Below the pieces are notes generated by a model. It saw only the letters and a program-made list of their open reading frames with translations. It did no database searches and was not told where the DNA came from. The position numbers and the translations under genes are program-made. Shown piece after piece: positions 31,004 to 40,081 of a stretch of 64,000 nt of DNA; positions within the stretch are counted from its first letter, which is position 1, and the number at the start of each line of letters is the position of its first letter. Source of the stretch: an uncultured Verrucomicrobiae bacterium (GTDB taxonomy: Bacteria > Verrucomicrobiota > Verrucomicrobiia > Chthoniobacterales > JAATET01); the NCBI GenBank assembly GCA_963719495.1, contig CAVRCI010000004.1:128001-192000 (forward strand), in the 5' to 3' direction.

Positions 31004-31870
31004 ATGAGATTTCGAGGGATTGGCTGGCTGGTGATGATTACGGCGCTACTGGCTCTCTGGCCGGGTTCGGCTCGGGCGTTTTTCTACGGCGGGATCTTCG
31101 ATGCGGGGACGTTCGGATCGACGGGTGCGGGTCCCGGGCAGCTGGATGATCCGTTGGGCATTTGTGCCGGTCCGGATGGCCGGATTTACGTGACGGATCG
31201 GGGGAACTCGCGGGTGCAAATGTTCGACCGTTTCGGCTCGTTCCTGGGCTCGATCGGGAGGGCGGGGAGCGGTGATGCGGAGTTCGACGAGATCGGGTTC
31301 ATCGCTGGCTCGGCTTCGTTGGGGCTTCTCGCGGTCGCGGATGCGGGGAACGGGCGGATTCAGCTCTTCGATTTTGATGGGCGCTTTCTCGGGAAGTTTC
31401 CGGTCGTCGGATCTCCGCGGGGTGTCGCGTTTGGGTTGGACGGGAATCTCTACGTCACGACGGCGGATCGGGTGGTAGCTTATCGGACGTCCGGTGGTTT
31501 TCTCGGGGAGTTCGGGGTGGGCGAGTTGTCGAGTCCGGGTGCCATCACGGCTCGCCAGCGGGGCGAGGGATTCGTGGTCGCCGATACGGGCAATGATCGG
31601 ATTGCTGTCTTCGGGAGCGATGGTGCGTTGACGCCGGGCTATGGAACGCTCATCCGGCGGTTCGAGTTCAAGGCTCCGCGCCTGCGGAAAAGGGCCGTCC
31701 CACTCGCTTCCGGTCTCGGCGGCAACTTCCGAATTCGGGTCCGATTGCCGAAAGCGAAGGAAAAGCGGGAGCACTTCGGTGTGAAATTTCGCGCCATTGA
31801 TGGGCTGGGTCAGACGAGCGATTTTCAGGGGCGTCCGGTGAGTTCGCGGGTGATTCGGAGTTCGCGGTAG
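31004..31870 (+). CDS. Secreted NHL-repeat protein with a basic C-terminal domain
   Basis: Signal peptide ending ARA; repeats IYVTDRGNSRVQMF, VADAGNGRIQLF, VADTGNDRIAVF. Confidence 0.75.
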   Translation: MRFRGIGWLVMITALLALWPGSARAFFYGGIFDAGTFGSTGAGPGQLDDPLGICAGPDGRIYVTDRGNSRVQMFDRFGSFLGSIGRAGSGDAEFDEIGFIAGSASLGLLAVADAGNGRIQLFDFDGRFLGKFPVVGSPRGVAFGLDGNLYVTTADRVVAYRTSGGFLGEFGVGELSSPGAITARQRGEGFVVADTGNDRIAVFGSDGALTPGYGTLIRRFEFKAPRLRKRAVPLASGLGGNFRIRVRLPKAKEKREHFGVKFRAIDGLGQTSDFQGRPVSSRVIRSSR

Positions 31871-32019
31871 GGGTTTCTTCTCGAGGTGCTCCGGGGGTGA
31901 GGATGCGGGACGGGTTGCGTCTTTGCGGCGCGTGGGGAGTGGGTCTCGCGGGTTGGTGTTGGCGGAGTTTTGGGAGATGGTTTGGGAACCCGGCGGCGCG
32001 GCTTCCCTACCTTGCCGGG

Positions 32020-32157
32020 TCACGTTTCCGGTGGTTCGGTGCCGTGGAGTTTTTCGGTCTCGCCGGGGGTGGTGAGGACTCGGTGGACGCACCAGATGAA
32101 AAGGGTGGTGACGGCTCCGACGGAGCCGAGCATGACGAGCCAGCCTCCGACGGTCAT
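32020..32157 (-). CDS. Small single-TM subunit of the NSS transporter (MetS-like)
   Basis: 45 aa, [23 protein letters not shown]...; ATGA overlap with the transporter stop. Confidence 0.65.
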   Translation of the reverse strand: MTVGGWLVMLGSVGAVTTLFIWCVHRVLTTPGETEKLHGTEPPET

Positions 32158-33899
32158 GACTCGGTCTCCTCGATGGGGTCGACTGGTGGGCGGCCCTGGT
32201 AGGCGGCTCCGCGGGCGATGAGCATGGCGACGAAGGTGCCGAAGGCGAGGACGAGGAGAACGCTCATCCAGGCGACGGGGTTGGGGTCGATGAAGAGGTC
32301 TTGCACGTAGCCGCTGACCTCGGCGGGGCCGCCGCCGAGCTTGTAGCCGATGATGTTCTCCAAGGTCCAGAGGGTGAAAATGACGATCAGGAAGACGGGG
32401 CAGAGGTATTTCATGATCCAGCGGAAGATGCGCGGGATGCGGATGGTGGCTCCTTCGTGGGCGGCGGCGAGGCCGCGGTCGACGCCGAAGTTCCAGCTGA
32501 AGAAAATGATTTGGACGGTGGCGAGGATGAAAATGAGGAAGGTGCCGACCCAAAAGTCGAGGGTGTCGAGGGCCTTGGCTCCCTGGCTGAAATAGACGAC
32601 GAAGCCGCTGCCAAGGGCGGTAATGAGGCCGAGGAAGGCGACGCTCTGTCGGCGGCCGATGCCGAGGGCTTCTTCGAGGAAGGCGATCCCGGGCTGGAGC
32701 ATACTGAGGGAGCTGGTGACGGCGGCAAGGAAGAGGAGGAAGAAAAACAGAAAGCCGAAGAGTGAGCCGGCGGGCATTTGCGAGAAGACCATCGGCAGGA
32801 CGTTGAAGCCGAGGCCGAACGTGGACTGGCCGGCCACGCCCGCGAGACCGAGGAAGGCGACGCCGGCCGGGAGGGTGATGAGTCCGCCGAGCGCGACCTC
32901 GCAGAACTCGTTGGCGCTGGTGGCGGTGAGGCCGCTGAGGACGACGTCGTCTTTGCGCCGCAGGTAGCTGGCGTAGGTGATGATGACACCGAAGCCGACG
33001 CTGAGGGAGAAGAAGATCTGGCCGGCGGCGGCGAGCCAGAGGCCGGGCTTGAGCAGTTGCTCCCCGATGCCGATGACGCGGACCTGGCGGTCGGGGTCGT
33101 CGACGGGGCCGTCGTATTCGGCGCGGGCGGCGGCGATCGGAGCGGCACCGATGATCTCGCGGTCGGGGATCCATTGGCCGTCGACCAGTTGCTCGACGAC
33201 GACTTTGTGGGGGTTCCACATGAAGCCGAGGCCGTTGTCGACGTTGCGCTGGGGCTCGGCGGGGTTGGGCGTGCCGAGGGTGAGGACGCGGACGAGGGTG
33301 ACGATCGCGAGGATGACGAGGGCGGGCATTGCGAAGGTGCAGAAGAGTTCGATGCCTCGGGAAACGCCGCGGTAGATGAGGATGAAGTTGAGGAGGAAGG
33401 CGAAGCCGAGGTAGACGCCGACTTGCGTGAGGGAGAATCCGACGGCGGCTCCGTCGCCGGCGTCGCCGGTGAAGTGGTCAAAGAACGCTTTGGCCTGGCC
33501 GGCGTCGGTGAAGGCGATGTGGCCGAGGGCGAAGTTGGTGGCGTAACCGAGGCACCAGGCTTCGATGACGACGTAATACATGTAAATGATGACGGGGATG
33601 ACGACTCCGATGACGCCGAGATACTTCCCGTAGCGGGAGCGCGACATGGCGTGGAAGACGCCGGGGGAGCTGTTGAAGCCGCGCAGGCCGCCGTAGCGCC
33701 CCATGGTCCATTCGGCCCAGCAGATCGGGAGGCCAATGATGAGCAGGGAGATGAAATACGCCAACATGAAGGCACCGCCGCCGAATTGGGCGGCCTGGCC
33801 GGGGAAGCGCAGGAAATTTCCGAGGCCGACGGCGCTGCCGGCTACGGCGAGGATGACTCCGAAGCGGGAGTTCCATTTTTCGTTACGCTGGGTGTTCAT
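32154..33899 (-). CDS. Sodium-dependent transporter (NSS/SNF family)
   Basis: [40 protein letters not shown]. Confidence 0.93.
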   Translation of the reverse strand: MNTQRNEKWNSRFGVILAVAGSAVGLGNFLRFPGQAAQFGGGAFMLAYFISLLIIGLPICWAEWTMGRYGGLRGFNSSPGVFHAMSRSRYGKYLGVIGVVIPVIIYMYYVVIEAWCLGYATNFALGHIAFTDAGQAKAFFDHFTGDAGDGAAVGFSLTQVGVYLGFAFLLNFILIYRGVSRGIELFCTFAMPALVILAIVTLVRVLTLGTPNPAEPQRNVDNGLGFMWNPHKVVVEQLVDGQWIPDREIIGAAPIAAARAEYDGPVDDPDRQVRVIGIGEQLLKPGLWLAAAGQIFFSLSVGFGVIITYASYLRRKDDVVLSGLTATSANEFCEVALGGLITLPAGVAFLGLAGVAGQSTFGLGFNVLPMVFSQMPAGSLFGFLFFFLLFLAAVTSSLSMLQPGIAFLEEALGIGRRQSVAFLGLITALGSGFVVYFSQGAKALDTLDFWVGTFLIFILATVQIIFFSWNFGVDRGLAAAHEGATIRIPRIFRWIMKYLCPVFLIVIFTLWTLENIIGYKLGGGPAEVSGYVQDLFIDPNPVAWMSVLLVLAFGTFVAMLIARGAAYQGRPPVDPIEETES

Positions 33900-33959
33900 T
33901 GCTGCTGGGGGCTTTTGGTGGGAGGAGCAGTTCTTGGGCCGCTTGGGGGTGATTGGTTA

Positions 33960-35081
33960 CTAGTGAATGGTGATTGGTGGAGCTTGACGGGGGCGGCGCT
34001 TTGGCTTCGCCAAATTCGCCGGGGTTCGGCGGCTGGAAGCCGCCGCTCCTCGAGGTGTGGTTTTTAGGCGGGGGTTCATGGTTTTGAACCAGAGGCTGGG
34101 GATCAGGGCGACCATGGTCATGACTGGGTAGCCGTGGGGGAGGGTCATGGCTTGGCTGCTGGCCCTTTGTTTTTGGTAGTGCTGGGTGGGGCTTTGGTGG
34201 TGGTGGCTGTGGCGGGGGAGGTTGAAGAGGAGGTAGTTGCTGGCGTGGAAGTCGCAGTCCCAGCAGTTGGCGGCGGTGAGTGCGGCGGGTTGGCCGGTTG
34301 GCGTGGTGGCCCGGAGGAGGCCGTAGTGTTGGAGGTATCCGGTCATCCAGAGCGTCCAGACGCCGAGCGCGCCTTGGAGGATGTAGAAAAGGGCGGTGAG
34401 GGGGCCGAAGGTGACGAGGATCGTAAGGGCGACGATGAGGGAGAAGGTGAAGGTTCGGGTGACTCGGTTGCGGAGGGTGAGGCTGGTGGTTTTGAGGCGG
34501 CGTTGTTCGAGGTGGTAGGCCTCGATGGCGCTGCCGACGGCGGCGCGGACGACGAAGTCGTAGCTGGTCTGGCCGACGTGCGAGAGGGACGGGTCGGCCT
34601 TGGTCGCGGTGATGCGGGGGTTGTGGTGGATGAAGACGTGGTCGATGGCGAAGCTGCCGTAGTTCGTGAGGACGAGGAGGGCTTGGCCGAGGAAGCGGTC
34701 GGGCTTGCTGGCTTTGTGGAGCAGCTCGTGGGCGCAGCAGATGGCGGCTCCGGACAGAGCGACGCCGAAGGAGAGGGTGAAGAGGATTTGGTCGAACGGG
34801 GCGAGGCCGCTGAAGATCGTGACGGCCCAGGCGAGGGCGGCGACGTGGGTGAGCGCGGCGATCGTGACGATGGCTTGGAAGACGGGGGAGTGGTCGACGA
34901 CGTCGGGGTCGAGGCCATTGCCGCGACCGAAGATGTGGTCGGCGAGCGCGCCGAAGACGAAGTAGACGATGAGGGGGGCGAGGATCGCGAGGCCGCCGAT
35001 CTGCGTGCCGAAGTAGAGGGAGACGGGGAAGAGGAGAGCGGCGGCGTAGGGCAGGGGGGCTAGGTGGTGGGTTGCTGGCAA
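33960..35081 (-). CDS. AlkB-like membrane di-iron hydroxylase/desaturase
   Basis: His boxes HELLH, DHVFIHH, YLQHYG, LPRHSHHH; C-terminal LPHGYP. Confidence 0.75.
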   Translation of the reverse strand: MPATHHLAPLPYAAALLFPVSLYFGTQIGGLAILAPLIVYFVFGALADHIFGRGNGLDPDVVDHSPVFQAIVTIAALTHVAALAWAVTIFSGLAPFDQILFTLSFGVALSGAAICCAHELLHKASKPDRFLGQALLVLTNYGSFAIDHVFIHHNPRITATKADPSLSHVGQTSYDFVVRAAVGSAIEAYHLEQRRLKTTSLTLRNRVTRTFTFSLIVALTILVTFGPLTALFYILQGALGVWTLWMTGYLQHYGLLRATTPTGQPAALTAANCWDCDFHASNYLLFNLPRHSHHHQSPTQHYQKQRASSQAMTLPHGYPVMTMVALIPSLWFKTMNPRLKTTPRGAAASSRRTPANLAKPKRRPRQAPPITIH

Positions 35082-35225
35082 AATTTCGGTTGGTTGGTGA
35101 GAGGTTCGGGATGCGGTTTGCGGTTTGCGGGATACGGGATGCGGTTTGCGGCTTCGCCGTTTTGTTACGAGGTCCCGAGCTGGAAGCTCGGGACTGCGGG
35201 CTGGAAGCCCGCGCTCCCCGGCTCG

Positions 35226-36359
35226 CTACGCTAGCGCTTTGATGATTCGGTCCATTTCTTCTTTCGTGTTGTAGTAGTGGGGGCTGAAACGGAGCCAGGC
35301 GCTGCCGTTTCTCGCGTTTCGGAGGGAGGCGGTGATCTGGGCGTCTTCGAGGCGTTTGAACTGGGCGGCGGGGTCTTCGGTGGGATTGCGGGTGGTGACG
35401 ATGCCGCAGCGGAGGGGTTCGTCGTTGCCGGGGGAGAGGAATTCGTAGCCGCGGAGGGCGAGTTGCTCGTGGAGGTAGTCGCGGGTCTCGAGGATGCGGC
35501 GGGAGACTTCGGCGGGGCCGGTCTCGTGGATGAGCCGGAGGGCGGCGACCATGCCATACATGCCGGTGACGTTGAGGACACCGGGTTCGTAGCGTTGCGC
35601 GGTGTCGGGGAATTCGATGGCGTCCTGAGTGATGAAGTTCGGACTCTTGACGTTCCAAGCGCCGAGGAGGGTGGGGCGGCAGGTGGCGAAGTGTTCTTTG
35701 GCGACGTAGACGATGCCGATGGCGAGGGGGCCGAGCATCCACTTGTGGGCGTCGGCGCTGAGGAAATCGACGTGGTCGACGGTGGTCGGGAAGGCGCCGA
35801 GGGTCTGGATGGCGTCGAGGGAGAAGAGGGCTCCGTGGTCGTGGACGAGGCGACCGATGGCGTTGATGTCGATGCGCCAGCCGGTGAGGAAGTGGCAGGA
35901 GGCGAGGGCGACGAGCTTGGTCTTCGGCGTGAGGACGGCGGCGACGTTCTCGACGGTGATGCGGCCGAGGGCGTCGGGTTCGACGTAGGCGATCTTCACG
36001 CCGAGGCGTTCGAGATTCGTCCACGGGTAGACGTTGGCGGGGTAGTCGTCGCGGTAGCAGACGAGTTCGTCGCCGGGCTGCCAGTCGAGGCCGTTGGCGA
36101 AGAGGCTCAGACCGAGGGAGGTGGGGCCCAGGAGGGCGATTTCGTCGGGGTGGGCACCGATGGCGGTGGCGCAGACCTGGCGGGCGGCGGTGATGTCGCG
36201 GAGGACGTCGCCGAATTCCTGGTGGTTCTCGCAGGACCGGCGGACGTGGTCGTGCATGGCGTCGGCGACGGCGCGGGGGAGGGCGGTGACTCCGGCGTGG
36301 CCGACGAAGACGCGGGCGGCGGCGACGGGAAACTCGTGGAGGCGGTCGGATTCGGTCAT
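35226..36359 (-). CDS. Class V PLP-dependent aminotransferase (cysteine desulfurase-like)
   Basis: DYPANVYPW, LDAIQTLG, ADAHKWMLGP (PLP Lys), RFSPHYYN. Confidence 0.9.
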   Translation of the reverse strand: MTESDRLHEFPVAAARVFVGHAGVTALPRAVADAMHDHVRRSCENHQEFGDVLRDITAARQVCATAIGAHPDEIALLGPTSLGLSLFANGLDWQPGDELVCYRDDYPANVYPWTNLERLGVKIAYVEPDALGRITVENVAAVLTPKTKLVALASCHFLTGWRIDINAIGRLVHDHGALFSLDAIQTLGAFPTTVDHVDFLSADAHKWMLGPLAIGIVYVAKEHFATCRPTLLGAWNVKSPNFITQDAIEFPDTAQRYEPGVLNVTGMYGMVAALRLIHETGPAEVSRRILETRDYLHEQLALRGYEFLSPGNDEPLRCGIVTTRNPTEDPAAQFKRLEDAQITASLRNARNGSAWLRFSPHYYNTKEEMDRIIKALA

Positions 36360-36718
36360 GTCGATTTTTTCTCCGCTTCCTTGATGAGGTCCCAGAAGCC
36401 GTGGTGTTCGCCGAGGGCTTCGTCTTCTTCGGTCATCGGGAGGTTGGAGCGGTAGAGGAAGTCGCGGATGGTGTTCTTGTGGAGGACGCGGTGGACTTCG
36501 AGGCCGTCGGGGTGCGGGCCGAAGTAGATGCGGTAGTCGTGGGCGCGGCAACGGTGGAGGGCCTGGCCGTCGCGGTGGACGCTACCGAAGCGGGCGGGGT
36601 CGAGGTTTTCGAGATTCTCGGGGAGGACCTGGAATTCGAAAAGCAGTTCGAGCTGCAGCTCTTTGGGCAGCGCGGCCATCTCGGCGGCGCTGATCTCGTT
36701 GAAGATCACCTGAAACAC
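36356..36718 (-). CDS. RelE/ParE-fold-like protein with no adjacent antitoxin
   Basis: FQVIF....AEM..LP, LHRCR.HDYRIYF, VHRVLH; GTG start; ATGA overlap with the downstream gene. Confidence 0.55.
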   Translation of the reverse strand: MFQVIFNEISAAEMAALPKELQLELLFEFQVLPENLENLDPARFGSVHRDGQALHRCRAHDYRIYFGPHPDGLEVHRVLHKNTIRDFLYRSNLPMTEEDEALGEHHGFWDLIKEAEKKST

Positions 36719-36842
36719 GGTGCGAAGGGTAATGCGGAATTTGAAATGGGGAATGAGAAATGGGTGACTGAGTTCCGGGGCGTCCTGAGTGATGGGGGTT
36801 CGGGCTTGTTGGGTGGTGGTGGGGCGGGTAGGTTTCTCTCCG

Positions 36843-37328
36843 ATGTCGGAGCGGGCGGAGCATTGGGAGTATTTCCAGGACTTGTATCGGTTTGCGATGG
36901 TTCTGATGGCCGACTCGGACCGGGCGATGGGTGTGGTGACGGAGGCTCTGGAGGACGCGCTGCGGCGGCCGCGGAGCCACGGGGACTTGGATCGACTGCT
37001 GACCCTGCTTTTCAAGGAAGTGCGGGAGCGGGCGCTGCGGACGGATGAGGGGCGGGCGACGGTGGCTGGGCGCCGGGGGAAGGATCCGGATTTGCCGGAG
37101 AATGCGGCGGATGCGCTGGGGCCTACGGTTGATGATGACGTGAGGTCGGCGATCCGGGGACTTGCGGAGCCGGGGAGATCGGCGCTTGCGTTGTTGTATC
37201 TGGACGTGCTCGAGCCGGAGGAGATTCAGAGGATTCTCGGGGTGACGGACGCCGGATTGGCGGATTTGTTGGGTGGGGCGCGCGCTGGGCTTCATGGCTC
37301 GGTCGCGCTGGGGGCGGCGGTCGAATGA
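36843..37328 (+). CDS. ECF-type RNA polymerase sigma factor
   Basis: LYRFA..L......A..VV.E (region 2); AIRGLAEPGRSALALLY....EEI..ILG (region 4). Confidence 0.75.
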   Translation: MSERAEHWEYFQDLYRFAMVLMADSDRAMGVVTEALEDALRRPRSHGDLDRLLTLLFKEVRERALRTDEGRATVAGRRGKDPDLPENAADALGPTVDDDVRSAIRGLAEPGRSALALLYLDVLEPEEIQRILGVTDAGLADLLGGARAGLHGSVALGAAVE

Positions 37329-38122
37329 ACCTGAAACGGGCGAAACAGGTGTTGCGCTGCGCTGGGCCGCACAGCGAAGAACACGCGAGACGTGAATTGA
37401 AGGAGGCGCTTGCGGAGGCGGAGCGGTCGCCGGAATTGGCGGGAGCTTACGCGAATCAGCTGGCTTTCGACCGGGCGGCGGCGGGGGCGGTGCGCGTGGA
37501 AGTGCCGCCGGGGGTGGCGACGGCGCTGACGGGATACGGCGAACGATTCTCGGAGCGGCGACCGGCGTTTCGGCTGTCGGTGCATAATCCGGCGGCGGTG
37601 GCGGTTGGCGCCGCGTTTCTGGTGCTGGTTTGCTTGCTTGCTTGGATTTTTTTGGCGAACGCGGGGGGCTTCGCGGGAATGCGGGAGGTGACCGAGTTGG
37701 CGCTGGCTGGTGGAAGGGCGGAGGCGGGGCAATTCGATCCGCTGGAGGCGAAGGCTTCGGCTCTGGGTGATTGGTTTGTCCTGGAGGGTTTCGATGGGTT
37801 CCGGGTGCCGGAGGAACTGGCGGAATACGGGGCAGTCGGGGTGCGGCTTTACCGGCACGAGGGGGAAGCGGTAGCCTCGGCGGCGGTGCCGATCGGCGGG
37901 AGGCGGGCGTTTTTCTATTCGTTCGACGCGCATCCGTTTGGCGTGTCGGTGACGCCGGAGGGGGCTTGGCGGGTGGCGGAGTTTGGACCGAATGACGAGT
38001 TTGTGCTGGGGATCCGGGAAGTGGGGGCGAAGTGCTTTGTGGTGAGTTTCCGAGGGACGCGGGGGGAGATGGAGGCTTTGCTTGGTGGGGGCGGTGGTGA
38101 GGGGAGTGCGGCTTCGCCTTAG
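37325..38122 (+). CDS. Probable transmembrane anti-sigma factor
   Basis: ATGA-coupled to the sigma gene; N-terminal helical domain, one TM helix, periplasmic domain. Confidence 0.6.
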   Translation: MNLKRAKQVLRCAGPHSEEHARRELKEALAEAERSPELAGAYANQLAFDRAAAGAVRVEVPPGVATALTGYGERFSERRPAFRLSVHNPAAVAVGAAFLVLVCLLAWIFLANAGGFAGMREVTELALAGGRAEAGQFDPLEAKASALGDWFVLEGFDGFRVPEELAEYGAVGVRLYRHEGEAVASAAVPIGGRRAFFYSFDAHPFGVSVTPEGAWRVAEFGPNDEFVLGIREVGAKCFVVSFRGTRGEMEALLGGGGGEGSAASP

Positions 38123-38242
38123 GGTTGGACGGACGGGTGGAAGCCGTCGCCCCTTGATGTTCGGCTCTCTCGCTTTGCTCGGATTGCCGGGTGCCGCGGC
38201 GGGACGCCGCGGCTCGCACGCGGGACGCGTGCGATCCCCACC

Positions 38243-38665
38243 CTATTTTTTCAAGGCGTCGCGGATTTGGGTTAGGAGGACGACTTCCTCCGTGGGGGCT
38301 GGGGGGGCGGGTTTGGGTTTGGCTTCTTCTTCGCGTTTGATGCGGTTGATGAGGCGGACGACGGTGAAGACGCAGAGGGCGACGATGAAGAAGGTGAGGA
38401 GGGTGTTGATGAATTCTCCGTAGGCGATGATGCCGAGCGGGCGGGCCTTCTCGATGTCGCTGGCTTGGGCGGCGGCTTCGGTGAGGGGGATGTAGAGTTC
38501 CTTGAAGGGGACCTTGGAAGTGATGAGGCCGATGGGGGGCATGACGACGTCGTCGACGAGGGATTTGACGATGCCGCCGAAGGCTCCGCCGATGACGACG
38601 CCGACGGCGAGATCGATGACGTTGCCGCGGGCGATAAATTCCTTGAATTCGGTGACGAAGCTCAT
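38243..38665 (-). CDS. mscL: Large-conductance mechanosensitive channel
   Basis: EFKEFIARGNVIDLAVGVVIGGAF, YGEFIN, LLTQIRDAL. Confidence 0.96.
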   Translation of the reverse strand: MSFVTEFKEFIARGNVIDLAVGVVIGGAFGGIVKSLVDDVVMPPIGLITSKVPFKELYIPLTEAAAQASDIEKARPLGIIAYGEFINTLLTFFIVALCVFTVVRLINRIKREEEAKPKPAPPAPTEEVVLLTQIRDALKK

Positions 38666-38680
38666 GGGCGGCGGTTTATG

Positions 38681-39751
38681 TCAGGTTTCGTAGCGCTGGG
38701 CCATCGCTTTTGCGGCGGCGGCGATGCGGCGGCGGAGGGCGGCGGGCCGGAGGACTTCGGCGTGGGCGCCCCAGCCGAGGATCCAATTCTCGAGGTCGGG
38801 CGCGGGGGAGACTTCGATCGTGAGGTCGGCGGTGCCGTCGCGGCGGTGGTGGATTTCCTGGCTGGTGTGCCATTTTCGCTCGGCGGCGAGGCGGGAGGCG
38901 AAGGCGTCGAGGCGAACGGTGATGGTCTGAACCTCGGCGGTCTGGAAGGCGGAAAAGCTGCCGGCAAACATGTCGCTGACCGAGAAATCCGCGGGGCGCT
39001 CGAAGGTGTCGCCGGTGGTCGCGACGGCGTGGAGGCGGGCGATGGCGAAGGTGCGGAGGGCGTCGCGGTCGACGTCGTGGCCGATGAGATACCACTGGTT
39101 GGCGAGGCAGCCGAGGTGGTAGGGGCGGACGTGGCGGCGAGCGGCGGCGGGTCCCTGGAGGGATTGGTAATCGAAGTGGACGGTGCGGCGGTGGAGGACG
39201 GCTTCGGCGAGGGTCTGGAAGGCGTCGAGTTCGGTGACGGCGACGCCTTGGGGGCGGAACGAGATGGCGTCGGTGAGTTCGTGGAGGGCGATGCCGCTCT
39301 CGCCTTCGAGGCCGGCGGCGAGTTTGGAGAAGGCGGACTGGAGGGGACGCTCGAAGGCGGTGCCGCGGTATTGCTCGACGGCTTTCTGGGCGATGAGGAG
39401 GGCGACGAGTTCGCCGTGGCTGACTTGGACGGTCGGGAAGCTAGTGACGGATTCCGTGTAGTGGAAGCCGTGGGCGACGCGGTCGTAGGCGATGGGGAGA
39501 TTGAGCTGGTCGCGCATGAAGTCGACGTCGCGCTGGATCGTCTTGGGAGCGACTTCCATCGTGCGGGCGAGGCGCTGGCAGTTGGGATACGAGCCTTCGC
39601 GGAGGAGATTGTGGATGCCGAGCATGCGGGCCAGTGGCGGGCGCGCGGTGGGGGACAATTTCGCCGGTCGGCGATCCTCCCGATTAAACGTAACGGCCGT
39701 TACGTTTAATCGGGGGGGATCGAGGGAATTTTTTTTGGATTTCTTTGGCAT
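38681..39751 (-). CDS. HTH-WYL-WCX transcriptional regulator (YafY/PafB/DriD family)
   Basis: LARTMEVAPKTIQRDVDFMR (HTH), RHVRPYHL, QWYLIGHD..RDALRTF..ARL, WILGWG..AEVL.P. Confidence 0.93.
   Translation of the reverse strand: MPKKSKKNSLDPPRLNVTAVTFNREDRRPAKLSPTARPPLARMLGIHNLLREGSYPNCQRLARTMEVAPKTIQRDVDFMRDQLNLPIAYDRVAHGFHYTESVTSFPTVQVSHGELVALLIAQKAVEQYRGTAFERPLQSAFSKLAAGLEGESGIALHELTDAISFRPQGVAVTELDAFQTLAEAVLHRRTVHFDYQSLQGPAAARRHVRPYHLGCLANQWYLIGHDVDRDALRTFAIARLHAVATTGDTFERPADFSVSDMFAGSFSAFQTAEVQTITVRLDAFASRLAAERKWHTSQEIHHRRDGTADLTIEVSPAPDLENWILGWGAHAEVLRPAALRRRIAAAAKAMAQRYET
39679..39714. repeat. Perfect 36-bp palindrome inside the 5' end of the WYL gene
   Basis: CCCGATTAAACGTAACGG|CCGTTACGTTTAATCGGG. 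Confidence 0.95.
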
Positions 39752-39773
39752 AGGACCACGGATGTCCTATGCC
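39747..39773. promoter_or_regulatory. Candidate WYL operator GGCATAGGAC-N7-GTCCTATGCC, followed by a -10-like TAGGGT (39780-39785)
   Basis: Perfect 10-bp inverted repeat with a 7-bp spacer, overlapping the WYL start codon. Confidence 0.7.
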
Positions 39774-39794
39774 CGGCGGTAGGGTGGGTCCAGT

Positions 39795-39950
39795 ATGAAA
39801 AACCTATCCGCTCTCTTGAAAGCGCTCCGGCCCGCCGGTGCGGTGTATCAACAACTGGAACTGCCCCTCTCCGGGCGCGAACTCACCCGGCGCGAGTCGA
39901 CGTCGCTCGAGCGGTTGCGGAAGCTGCGTCAGCGAGTGGCGATGCTGTGA
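39795..39950 (+). CDS. Uncalled 51-aa protein with a clamp-binding-like motif (QQLELPL)
   Basis: MKNLSALLKALRPAGAVYQQLELPLSGRELTRRESTSLERLRKLRQRVAML*; divergent from WYL, just downstream of the operator and -10. Confidence 0.6.
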   Translation: MKNLSALLKALRPAGAVYQQLELPLSGRELTRRESTSLERLRKLRQRVAML

Positions 39951-40081
39951 GGGGATGTTGGCGATGAGGGGGACCCTGGCTGGCGCGGTGACTCGCCGGG
40001 CGGGGTCTCCTTGCGTCGACCCTTACCAGGCCCAAGTTTTTCGGCTTTTGCATTTTCCCTTGATTCCGCGATGGTCGGTGG

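Noticed and set aside
33883..36024. Long Arg/Pro-rich ORFs (e.g. 33883-36024, 4213-6225, 36582-38219, 43042-44772)
   Set aside because: Shadow frames of real genes caused by high GC and codon bias; no protein motifs
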